Position numbers and translations under genes: made by a program. From NCBI GenBank assembly GCA_000004985.1, contig GG738912.1: a stretch of 64,000 bases of DNA. One strand, 5' to 3'. Below, one piece after another: positions 10,344 through 22,000 of this stretch (position 1 is the first letter of the stretch; every line of letters starts with the position of its first letter). Source of the stretch: Naegleria gruberi (taxonomy: Eukaryota). A model generated the notes under the pieces. It had not been told where the DNA came from. It did not search any database and saw only the letters and a program-made list of their open reading frames with translations.

Positions 10344-12098
10344 ATGAAGAGACTCAAATCGGAACTGTCGGTTGCTGAAATTACTACTATTGATTATCAC
10401 TTATCCAAAAAGCTTAAATCGGAAAATACAACAAGTGTAGAACAAGAAGAAGAGGAACAAGAATTAGTAAAACTAATATTATCCGATAATTTATTGGAAA
10501 TTCCGCAAGGCTTGAAAGATCAACTCGGAAGAAACAAGGTTAAAGTACTTCATATTAATTTCCATAAAATAGATACAATCCCAAAACTTGCTAATATTAC
10601 ATATATTACTACTGTTACAACTAATCAATTAAATAATTTAATAATTGCCGTAACTACCCAAAAACAATGTTATGTATTTGATTCAGAATGTAAATCATGG
10701 AAACTTAAATTTGAATTACCTTCATTTAATTCTGTGCAGATTGATAGTCAATTTGAGAATGTTTATATTGGAAGAAATAATACCATTAAGAAATATAAAA
10801 TATTAGATCATGTAACAGATTATTCAAAAGAATCTCCTATTTGGGAAAAAAAGATTAATGCAAAGTATAAAATGAATTGTGCTAAATTAACGAATGAAAT
10901 GTATCTCATACAATTTAATTCAATATATGTAATGGATTTATTGAATGGATCAAAAAAAAGAGAAATTGATTTAAATCAATCAAATTATAATGTTATTGAT
11001 GTATTATATGTGGATGAAAAGGAGGGACAGCTTTATCTCTTATTTGAAGAAATAGCTGATAGTGATGACGATAGTGACGATGTGGATGAACAATATCTTT
11101 TAATCTTGAAGGATGAAAGATCTGGAATTGAAATTAAAATTGACACATTTTATGAAAAAGTTGTATCAATAATTCCGTATTATGAAAATTATGTCATTTG
11201 CTTGATAAATACGGGGGAAGCTTATTTATATGAAAAGAAAACAACTAATTTGTTACATACTTTTACTGTTTCTGACAATTTACATGCTGCTCATTTTGAT
11301 AATATTTTCAAAAGGTTTTACTTTTCTGCTTCACGTGCTGATAGTCACATTTCTGTTGTACAACCTATTATTGCAACCAGGGTTGAAAATGTGCCACTCA
11401 CAAGGGAAATATGTCTTTCTCTTGCAAAATTGAATGTTGAATTTCCCTCATTAATAATAAGAGAATATGGCGAGAATTTGATGCCAGAATGTTTGCAATT
11501 TTTAAACGATATTGACTTTAGAAATAAGAAGTTGTGGTTTCTTGATAATGAAATTGCTAAATACTTTGAATTTCAATTTGACTTTGAAAATGAAATTCCA
11601 GATGGACATGATGATGTTGTAATCGGAGGAAGTAGTGAAGAATTGGAGAGTGACAAATATCAAGCTTGCCTCCATGTAAGAAAATCAGAAGTTTCAAATA
11701 ATTATGATTTTCCAGTTTATTTACTTTACAAAGAATCACTCAATGACGATTTTCTGAAAACAAAGAGATTATCGTTTTCAGAATTCATTTCAAAATTGAA
11801 ATTATCTGAGTGCATTGTCATTAAGCATTCAACATATCTAATTAACTTTGAAATGATTTATGAAGAATTGACTCAAAAATCAATCATTCATCCGAAAACC
11901 AAACTTATTGATAATAATATCCTTGTGGAGAAGTATAAGAAAATGATGTGTGGAGTTGACCAAGAGGATTACTTTGGATTAGCACGAAAATTTAACAACT
12001 CAACAATCAAATTTGATAATACTCTATTTCTAAAGATGGATTTGGTTGCCTTGGCCATAGATTGTTGTTCTGCAATTTCATTTGTAAAAACCGAATAA
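10344..12098 (+). CDS. Hypothetical protein (584 aa) with an acidic D/E/S tract
   Basis: It is a continuous ORF with an ATG in A-rich context (aaaaaaATG). It contains 'EEIADSDDDSDDVDEQ'. I recognise no domain. Confidence 0.5.
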   Translation: MKRLKSELSVAEITTIDYHLSKKLKSENTTSVEQEEEEQELVKLILSDNLLEIPQGLKDQLGRNKVKVLHINFHKIDTIPKLANITYITTVTTNQLNNLIIAVTTQKQCYVFDSECKSWKLKFELPSFNSVQIDSQFENVYIGRNNTIKKYKILDHVTDYSKESPIWEKKINAKYKMNCAKLTNEMYLIQFNSIYVMDLLNGSKKREIDLNQSNYNVIDVLYVDEKEGQLYLLFEEIADSDDDSDDVDEQYLLILKDERSGIEIKIDTFYEKVVSIIPYYENYVICLINTGEAYLYEKKTTNLLHTFTVSDNLHAAHFDNIFKRFYFSASRADSHISVVQPIIATRVENVPLTREICLSLAKLNVEFPSLIIREYGENLMPECLQFLNDIDFRNKKLWFLDNEIAKYFEFQFDFENEIPDGHDDVVIGGSSEELESDKYQACLHVRKSEVSNNYDFPVYLLYKESLNDDFLKTKRLSFSEFISKLKLSECIVIKHSTYLINFEMIYEELTQKSIIHPKTKLIDNNILVEKYKKMMCGVDQEDYFGLARKFNNSTIKFDNTLFLKMDLVALAIDCCSAISFVKTE

Positions 12099-12142
12099 AA
12101 ATTGTTCAGGAAGCAATTATCATGGATTTAAGAGGTACAATG

Positions 12143-12148
12143 AAAAAA
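12143..12148 (-). terminator. Pol III oligo(T) terminator of the 5S gene
   Basis: TTTTTT lies immediately 3' of the 5S 3' end on the minus strand (plus strand aaaaaa). Confidence 0.7.
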
Positions 12149-12266
12149 GACTACAGCACCACAGGTTCCCAAGTTGTCTCCAACCTCAGTACTGATGTGG
12201 CTCGACGATGCTTAACTTCTCAAATCGGACGGGATGAGGTGCATTCATCGTGATATGGCCGTAGCC
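12149..12266 (-). rRNA. 5S: 5S ribosomal RNA gene (118 nt)
   Basis: The minus strand reads GGCTACGGCCATATCACGATGAATGCACCTCATCCCGTCCGATTTGAGAAGTTAAGCATCGTCGAGCCACATCAGTACTGAGGTTGGAGACAACTTGGGAACCTGTGGTGCTGTAGTC. The 5' GGCUACGGCCAUA pairs with the 3' GCUGUAGUC end (helix I). CCCGUCCGAU..GAAGUUAAGC is the conserved box A/loop B region. The gene is followed by a T6 run. Confidence 0.9.
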
Positions 12267-12464
12267 ATTCATTTTAACAAAATTTCAAATATTAATATTA
12301 AATTTGTAAATGTCTTGCAAGGTTTGCTGGTGGCATGTTATTGGGTGTGAGACTTGTTGAATTTCTTGGTCAACTTTTAAAGTGAAACAACAAGATGAAT
12401 TGTAATGTTAGATAACATCCTATAGATGTATTTATTATTGTCGTGATGAAGATTGATCAAGTAG

Positions 12465-12490
12465 ATGATGAATAATTAATGTTAGGAAGC
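12465..12490. repeat. 26-nt conserved motif, copy 1 (atgatgaataattaatgttaggaagc)
   Basis: It is 24/26 identical to 32302-32327 (atgatgaacaattaatgttaggaaca). Both copies lie in intergenic DNA just 3' of a + strand gene. The motif starts with a C-box-like AUGAUGA. Confidence 0.6.
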
Positions 12491-14287
12491 ATGTAAAAAT
12501 TCAACTTGACCATCGTTGCAAATTATTCGAAAAACATTGTCAAAATACATTTTCTGATGTGATACAATAATAAATCTTGTACCTCCTCTTCAAATTGAAC
12601 AAGTTTTCCAAATGATGTTTTTCACTTTAAAATACTTTCATCTTCCAACTCTTCATCAACACTTGATGGAAAGTTTTGAAACTTTCTGAGGTGATACTAG
12701 TAATGATTTAGAACATGTAAATAATATTCTTCTTGTTGTGAATAATGTTCTTCATGATGAAAATATTAAAATTAATAAATTGATGAAAATATTCTTGCTG
12801 AAAAACAATTGCATCTATTTGATTGTTATATTCATGTTGAATACTAATAGATGATGTGACTTTTAATTTTCCACTTTAACAAAATTTTCCATCAATTTAA
12901 TCATTACCTTTTAAAATTTGTATTTCCTTGTAAAATCCAATAAAATCAATTCATATGCTCTCTATATAATCCAATCATGTTGTGTTGAAAATGGTTTTTC
13001 CATTCATGAAGAATTGCCTTTGCGAATCATCAATGATGTAAATTATTAAAATGTGATGAAATTTTTTCTCAATATTTTTCAACTAATTTTTTCATCAAAT
13101 TTCACTCATCACATTTCTTGCAATCAAAAACTCGTCAATAATTTTTTCATCACAGAAAGCAAAAGAATGAATTCACCAACAAAAACATATGTCCTGATAG
13201 AAATTATTTATTATTTCCATGGATATTCAATATGAAGATGAATAATTGAATGGAAATGTTCTATGCCATCACTCAATGCAATTTATCATGTTTGGATAAT
13301 TATTCTTCATCACCATCATGAGAATTTAATATTAGAAGAAAAGGTAAAAATTCAACATGCTCTCCTCTTGTTTAATTCGCATCAAACTCTGTTCACATTC
13401 ATATAAACAAGATGAGACTTTCCACAATGATACTATCGATGATTAGCAACATTTTGATATCCGGTGATGAATTTAAATTATGTAACATGATGAAGAAAAT
13501 AATGAAATTATTTTGATGGAAATCTTGTTGCAAGAATAACCTCGGATACGCTTGAATATCGTAAAAGATGTTATCATTCCATCAAGTAATAATTACAATT
13601 TTCAAACTTTAAAAATTGCCTTCAATCTCCTCAATTCACTTTCCAATACACTCATCCATCAAGTCCAGCCTCATGCCTATCCTCATCTCCACATCCACAC
13701 AAAATTATTTTCCATAACTCCATCAATTGCTTCCACAATTCATCTCGTCCTATTTTTTAAACAATTTACAATAATAAGTTGACCATAAAAATAATTACAA
13801 TAAAACCTTTCAATCATTTTGCAAGAATAAAGTCTTTGTAATATTGAAGGGGAATAGTAGATTTGGTAGTGTTGAATTTGGAACAAATTTAATAATTTCA
13901 CACCTATTACAATAACAATGTTTAAAAGCTCAAGCGGTACTATTTCTTCCAACGCACTTCCAATTCAAAGAGTCGGCTTCTGCGACAACGCACAACTTTT
14001 GCAAGATTTGTTATTGAGGCGTTGTTTGCGCTCTAAGTAAATTTCATCAAAAATTGTAAACAAATATGAAAATGTATTAAATACTCAATAATTACTATAC
14101 AGCTTGTAAAATAAATTTGATATTCAAAATCTGGACAATATTTACCACATTTTCATGTATTTTTATACAGTATCTTTCTATGAAATATTGCTACTTTATG
14201 GAACAGTTCTCTTCGGAATTTTAAATTCTTCCAAATACATAAACAGCCGCTTACGCTTACAACCAATATCAAAAAAAACAACTCAAA

Positions 14288-16071
14288 ATGTTTACCATCA
14301 TTGCAGCAGCATCTGAGAGTGTTACTGTTGATCAGCCACTTGAGGAATCATCCTCTCTTCTCTCTCAATTATTGCTTGCCCTTTTGGCCATCATTGCAAC
14401 CTTAATCATCATAGCCACACTCAAGGTTCTCCAAATGCGACAAAAGATAAAGCACATTCCAGGTACTTGGCAATATTTCTACTCTCTCTTTCGTATTCCC
14501 TTCATTGCTCCCTATCTGTATTTCGGTCCAACTGACAAGATGCTCGAATTGATGGACAAGATTGGTGACAGTGAAACCAAAACAACTTCCCTCTCCATGA
14601 TAAATGAGAATAGTGTCTGGATTTCTGATAAAGACATGATAAAGGAATTAACCATCACCAAAGCAAGTGATTTTGAAAAACCAAAAGATTTCTTTGATGC
14701 CATTAACATTTTTGGTGAAAATTTGGCATCTGTTCAGAGTGAGAATTGGAAGAGACATTTCAAAGTTTGTAATCCTGGATTTAGTCCAAAGAATTTGGAA
14801 TATGTTTGTAAAGTTGCAGCTCAAAGTTCAGATTTACTTTTCAATGAATGGAAGAAGGTGATTGAAAAGGATGGAAAAGTTGTGTTACAAGTTACGGATT
14901 ATTCAGATTTGACTTTGGATGTGCTTGGAAAGGCAGGATTTGGTAAGTTTTACAATGAATTTTACAAGAATTTTACAAAAATTGTGAAATTTTAGGATTT
15001 GATTTTGGTATTTTCACTTCAGACGAAACTGGTAAGAAATTTAGAGCTGCTTTGGAATATACCATCACTTATGGTATTGCAGTGAGAGGTTTCATATTGC
15101 CAGCATCCAAATTCTTATATAACATTGTTGCCAATTATACTGGATTGACAGATTATTGTGATTTCATGGCCAAGATTTTGAATAATGTAATCGAAACTAG
15201 AAGAAAGGAAATTAAAGAAAGAGAACAAGATCCAAATGCTAATGATAAACGTGGAGATGTTCCTTGTGATATTTTGAGTTTGTTGGTGGAAGCAAACATG
15301 ACTGAGAATGCATTATCAGATGGAGAATTGATGAGTAATTCTTTTATTTTGGCGCTGGCCGGCCATGAGACGACGTCAACTTGTAAGTTTTGCAATTTTT
15401 AACCTTACTGCAATATTGTAAAATTATTGAACTGACATAGTATTACAATGGGTTTCATATGAAATTTCAAAGAGACCTGAAATTTTGAAAAAGTTACAAC
15501 AAGAAGTTGATGAGAAGTTGCAAGGAAGAGATCCAACCTATGACGATTTCCCAAAACTTGACTATGTTAATGGAGTAATTATGGAAATTCTTCGTGTCCA
15601 TCCACCTGTGTCCACAGTTATTAAGGTTGTATCCAAGAAATCTACCAAGATTGGCAAGTTTGACATTCCAAAGGGAACTATTGTTCGTGCCTTTATGGAA
15701 CATACTCATTACAGAGAAGATTATTGGAAAGATCCATACACTTTCAATCCTGACAGATTTGGCGACTTTGAAAGTAGAGAAAAGATTCAACACACCTTCA
15801 TGTGGCTTCCATTCTCAAGTGGTAATCGTAAATGTGTAAGTAGCATCAAATTTCATCATTTTTCAATAGTTTCCAATACTATTTTTTATTGAAATAGATT
15901 GGATATCGTTTCAGTTTAATGGAAGGTTGTATAATCTTGGCCAAATTGGTTCAACATTATGACTTTTCATTATTAAATGATGAAAAGGTTGATCCTGTCA
16001 CTACCAGAACTTTATCTGTCAATAGACCTTCTCCAAATATGAAAGTTGCCATCACTCCTCGTGTTAAATAA
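14288..16071 (+). CDS. Cytochrome P450 monooxygenase, 4 exons
   Basis: Exons are 14288-14942, 14996-15382, ~15441-15835 and 15898-16071. Introns are 53, ~58 and 62 nt, all GTAAGT..AG. The spliced protein joins '...LGKAGFG|FDFGIF...', '...AGHETTST|LLQWVSYEISKRPEILKK...' and '...FSSGNRKC|IGYRFSLMEG...'. The last junction completes the haem-binding motif FxxGxRxCxG. The K-helix 'EILRVHPP' and the 'PDRF' (PERF) motif are present. The N-terminal TM anchor is 'LLALLAIIATLIIIATL'. An alternative intron-1 acceptor at 15022 is also in frame. Confidence 0.85.
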
Positions 16072-16081
16072 AGTTCATAAT

Positions 16082-19000
16082 TTATTGATTTGTTGGATAA
16101 TCCCAATAATTATTATACTTCTTTTTGTTTGGAGATTCCACTTGTTGAGCAAAGAATCTTGCATCTGGAGAAAATTCTTTGTTATCATAATAAACATAAT
16201 TGGTCACTGGAGGTGAACTAAAACCTCTTGGTCTCATGAATTGAATTGGAGTTGAGGATTCGAGTGGAACAGTCTTTCTCTTTCTCTTATTCACACAGTA
16301 CATGATACAGCAGAATCCAATTGTGGCAGCAATGGCCAAACAGAGAATTATATAAATGGCAACTCCCAAAATTAAATAATTGGAAAGGGAAAAGATATTT
16401 TTGGAAACTGTTTCAACAATGAAAACGTTGGTGAATCGAGAGCATTTACAAGTGGCAATATCTTGATTAATGCTCAATATTTTACAATTTGAGGAAAGAT
16501 CACCAGTTTGATCTGTAAAATCAACGCAGGAATATGAATTGTTTGAGGTTACAATTTCCAAATCAAGGAAGGTTCCAGCATAAGAAGACTGGTCTTGTTA
16601 ATTGGGAAGGTATAAATGACTCCACTTTCATCAATTGGGAAATCATTATCAAGTACATTAAACGAAACAATATTCGAAATGACATAGCTCTCTTTAAACT
16701 TAGAAGCATATTGGTCCATAGAAGCCAACTTGGTATTCAATCCATAAACATCCTGCATTGTAATCATAATATACGAGAATGGCTTCTTTACCAATGCAAC
16801 CTTACTGGCCTTGGCCAAGAAATTTCCATCCAATTCTACAATCGTTCCATAAGTAGGATCAACAATTTTAGGTTCATAATCATAGACGGTATGTCGATTA
16901 GTATTGACAGAGTAGAAATCACCCTTTCTGTTTTTAGCTGTTCCACCCAAGGTTAATGATCTACTTGTCAAGAAATTTGATGTTTTGGAAGCTGAAATTA
17001 ATTTGAGAGAGGAAGTTGATTGATTAGTTGAAGCTTTCTTCTTTGAGAGATAGGAATAAATTGATTTGATACAATTTTCAAATAATTGAACAATGGCATT
17101 GTCGACTTTCAATTCACTTGACAGGGCAACTCTAAGAACTGAATTTAAATTATTCAAAACTTGTGAAATTACTTCAGATGTCAAGGAATCAATATTAAGA
17201 AGAATCGAATCAAGTCCAAATCCAACCAATGATATGTAATCATCTGTAACTCCACTAATATTTGCCAACTGGACCATCATATTCAAAACAGAAACAGTTG
17301 TCTTTTGAACTAGGTCAAATTCTACAATGGAAATATCACAATTGTGTCCGATATATCCTTCAGCACATTCGCAATGGTTCGCAACTTCAACACCATTCTT
17401 GCAAGCTAACGATCTCTTAGCTGTTGCACTCTGTGAGTTGATATATTCCTTAACTAGAATGGCATCAGTTCTGGAGGTATAAGCAGATTGTGAAATACTC
17501 TGACTAATGTCACCAGTCTCTGAGAGTTTGACACTTGTATCTGTCCATACTTGAACTACACCTTCAATATCCTGAATAGTTGAATAAACAGGTGTAGTAA
17601 TTGAAATGTCATAATAGGAGATGACAGATGCAGATGTCTTTGTGTCCACAATTTCAATGTAACATTTCACAATAGTTCCAGAAGAAGGTGATGGAATCTT
17701 TGAAGAATAAATTTCTCCAAGGTTGTACAATGGTATCTTGGTTCCAGATCTATCATCCACAAATCCATAATTAAAGTCAATTGTCTTTTCAGAATTTTGG
17801 CAATTTACGCACGAGAATATAAAGTTAGTATCGAGAGCAATGCCTTCAGTTGGAGTAATTTCACACAAGCAAGGTTTTGGAGTGGTTGCAACTTGGAAAG
17901 TATAACTAGCACTTGATGTAGCTCCAGTAGAAGAATCAAAGCTTGAAATTTCAATATTATTCGTAGATCCTTCTGGCAATAATGAAGTATCAATAATCAC
18001 AGTACTTGTTGAACTAGTTTCTGATACTGTGTTAACTAATTGTCCATTAATATACCAAGTATTATTCAGTGTGGATGATTGAGATGAAACTAGAGTCTGC
18101 ATTGAGAAGGTATTACCAGATAAAATGTAACTAGTTGACGGTTCGATGGAAAGAACATTCAAAACAGGTGGAATATTAACAAAGTATGCTCTGATTGATT
18201 TGGAAATTGATCTTCCGTCTGATTTTACAATAGTGAGTGTGAAATCTACATAGTTTGGAATCTTTCCATTGAAATAAGAGGTGGAAATGATGACTAGAGT
18301 GGATTTTGAATTGGAAACAGTAAGTAGATAATCCTTTAAAAAGGTATTTGTAGAGTTCCAATTCCAAGTTTCAGTTGACTGAGTGTTCACTGTAGATTCA
18401 GGATCAGAATACATTACTTCAATAGTGGAAGACTCACTTGATGATTGGAGAATGTGCAGTTCAAGTAAAAGATCTGGAGATTTCGTATTCAATGTCACAA
18501 GGGAAGAAACACGAGCACTTGGATTGGAATTATAAAAAGCAGAAACTTTGAAAATATAAGTATTCATTCCGAATGTTTTCAGAGTTGAAATTAGCAGATT
18601 ATTGGCAGAATCTACTGAATATTCAATTGAAGGACCGCTTGTTTGTACCCATTCAACACTAATTGCTTCGCTTGATTGACAAGATGCTTCGGTTACTATC
18701 TTTTTGATAGTGAGCGGGAATTCATTAGAGTATTTTTCGTATAATGATTTGGAAACAACCAATGAAGGAAGTGGCTTTGAGGATTTGGTAAATACATTAC
18801 TATATGTAACACTACTACTAATTCCCAAATAGGAACTCTTTACAAATAATGTAATAAAGTAAGAACCAGGTGGTAAATTTGGACTAAGAGAAATAATTGC
18901 TTGATTTGGAACTATTTCACTAACTGATAGCGTACCGTTAGAATTATACAGAGCCCAAGTGTAAATTAAGGTCTTACCATCGGCTGAGAAACTTGAAGAA

Positions 19001-22000
19001 CCATCCACAGCAATCTCATCACATGAACTGTAAATGTCTACATTTCTCATTTTGATTATTGCTTGTGGTGGAGCAATAGATACCGGAGGAAGAATTACAA
19101 ATGAAAGATAATTGGTAGGTTGAGTGAAAATTTGATTGAAAGCTAGCGTGTTAAGTCTGATTGAGGTCATGCTCAAGATAATATTGTAATCCATTGATCC
19201 AAATGTAATTCTGAATAAAGAAGTTGACTTGTCAATAAATTGACACTTGACTAAGGAAGAGCTTCCGTAAATTCCATTGGTTAGGTCATTGGCATGGAGC
19301 AATTTACTGCATACGACATCAACTCCACTAATTGGTGGTGAATATAAATAAAATTCAACACCTCTAAAATCAGATGTCATTCTGACAGGACCTACAATTC
19401 GAGTTAAACAAGATTCTCCATAGTAACCACTTTGACATGTACTACATGAAGAACCTGTCCAATATCCTTCATTAGAATTTGAATAACATGTGCAAAAACC
19501 TTTTACATTACATTCTCCATGATTAGAACAAGTTTCAACTTTAGTACATTCTGTTATAGTTATTGAGTTGTTTGAAGGAGCATTTGGTGGAATGGAAGTT
19601 GTATTAGTTTTTACAGTTGAATTGGTAGTTGTTGTATTATTTGTTACAGTTGAATTAGTAATTGCTGTAGTATTTGAACTAGTTGTGGCATTCATAACAA
19701 CAGTCTCATTGTCTGCTACGGTAGTATTTTCTGTAACGTTTGTTGAATTTTCAGTTGGAACGGTCGTGGTTTCATTCATTGCATTACTAGAAGCATTGAA
19801 ACTATCAGTTGAATTAGTAGAAGTGACATCAGAACTGGTAATATTTTCTGAAATGGTCGTGTTGTTATCAATCAAAGTGGTGTTGTTAGAAATAGTTTCG
19901 TTCACTTGATCAGTGTTATTAGAGGAAACAGTTTCATTGGAGCTAGTAACTGTCTCATTAGAAATTGTTTGGTTAGTTTCACTCGCAGTACTATTTTCCA
20001 CAACAGTTTCATTTGAAATTTCAACACTTGTAGAATTATTGTCAAGTACTGTACTGTTAGTAATGTCTGTGGAATTTTCCACATTGGTTTGGTTAGCAAT
20101 TGTGGAGTTGTCAACAAGAGTAATATTTCCATCATTGAGAGTTGAATTATTTAAAATTTCTAATGTAGAATTATTCTCAATTGAAGTGGAATTATCAGTA
20201 ATGTTTGTTTCATTCGACTCACCAATAGATTCATTCAAAGCTGTAGAATTATTGGAAACTATGATGGTACTATTATCATCCGTTGTTGTATTGCTAATCA
20301 AACTGTTATTAGCATCAACTGTGGAATTATCCACAAATGTAGAATTATCAACCAAGGTTTCGTTTGCTTGAGTGATTGTTTCATTGGAGGAGCTAAAAGA
20401 GTCATTTGAAGCAGTTGTGCTATTGGTAACCACAACAGTGCTATTATCAGTTGTGGTACTATTAGACAAAGTACCATTATTAACATCACGATTATCCACA
20501 AATGTAGAATTATCAATAGAAATAGTTGTGTTATCAGTCAAGCTAATGTTAGAAGTTGTGGAATTGTCAACTTGAATACTTTCATTACTGATAACTTGAG
20601 TACGATTTTCACAGAATTGACCAAAATATCCTTCTGTGCAATTACAAATATCAGTAGAGACACAAGATCCATTTCCATTACAAACACTTGGATCAGTATT
20701 GAGTATTCCATTACATTTAAATTCAGAACAATCTGCTCCATAGAATCCATTTTCGCAACTGCAAGTATTATAATCCGTACAATTGCCTTTTCCTGAACAA
20801 ACGGAACTGTTGGACAAAATATTGTAACAAGTTGAAATTTCACAATTAGATCCATAATAATTGGAAGCACAATTACATGAATTAAATGAGATACATTGTC
20901 CATGGCCTGAACAAGTATCTGAAGAATTGTATAATACACCATTACAGGTTGTAACTGAGCAATCAGATCCGAGATAATTGGTGTGGCAATTACATTGGTC
21001 ATGAGATGTACACTCTCCATTTCCAGAGCAGGTCAAAGTATCATTAGATAACACATTGTTACAACTGGTGATTTCACAATTAGATCCAAAATAATTAGAT
21101 ATGCAATTACATGAATTAAATGAGCTACATTGTCCATGACCTGAACAAGAAACGGAGGAGTTGGATAATACACCATTACAGGTAGTAATTGAGCAATCAG
21201 ATCCAAGATAATTGGTGTGGCAATCACATTGGTCATGAGAAGTACACACTCCATTTCCAGTACAAGTCAATGTGTTGTTGGACAACATATTGTAACAAGT
21301 TGTAATTTCACAATTAGATCCATAATAATTAAGGGAACATTGGCAAGTGTCATAACCAATACATTGTCCATGAGAGTTACATACCAATGCATTATTTGAT
21401 TGGATATTGTTACAAGTTGTGAGTTCACAATTGGTTCCAAAATAATTGCTAATACAATTACAACTATTGTAAGAAGAACAAGTTCCCTTTCCATTATTAC
21501 AAACTTGTGCAGAATTTGAAAGAATATTGTTGCAACTGGTGATTTCACAATTAGATCCCAGATAATTAGCTTGGCATTGGCATTGATTAAGACTAACACA
21601 AGATCCCTTTCCTGAACAAACATTTGAAGAATTACTTGATATTCCATTACAAGTTGTAATAGAGCAACTAGATCCAGAATAACCAGAATTACAAGAACAT
21701 GAATCCGAGCTAGTGCAATTTCCGTGTCCAGAACAAACATATGAGGTATTTGTGGAAGCAATTGAAAAGCAAGAGTATGAAACAGGCGTCACAACTGAAC
21801 TACCATCACTATTGCCACTATTTCCACTATTTCCACTATTAGAAACTACAATGGAAGCTGCAGTTGGATCATAGCTTTGGCAATCGGTTCCATAATAACC
21901 AGAACTGCAAGTACAAATTCCTGCACTGCAAGAACCATGACCTGAACAAACCAATGATGATGATGTTGGAATGGCATTACATCCATCCATATCACAATTC

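Noticed and set aside
12062-12253. 63-aa + strand ORF
   Set aside because: It is entirely antisense to the 5S rRNA gene, so it is a spurious ORF.
15023-15023. Alternative intron-1 acceptor for the P450 gene (cacttcAG|acgaaact)
   Set aside because: It is also in frame, but it would delete 'FDFGIFTSD', which fits the conserved P450 'FG.DF' region. The upstream acceptor at 14995 is preferred.
19568-21761. Numerous 60-160-aa ORFs on both strands (19568-19909, 19913-20371, 20538-21020, 21267-21761 and others)
   Set aside because: They are antisense or out-of-frame artefacts of the low-complexity glyco-stalk and EGF-repeat coding sequence of paralog B. They have hydrophobic nonsense composition (V/L/I/F-rich).
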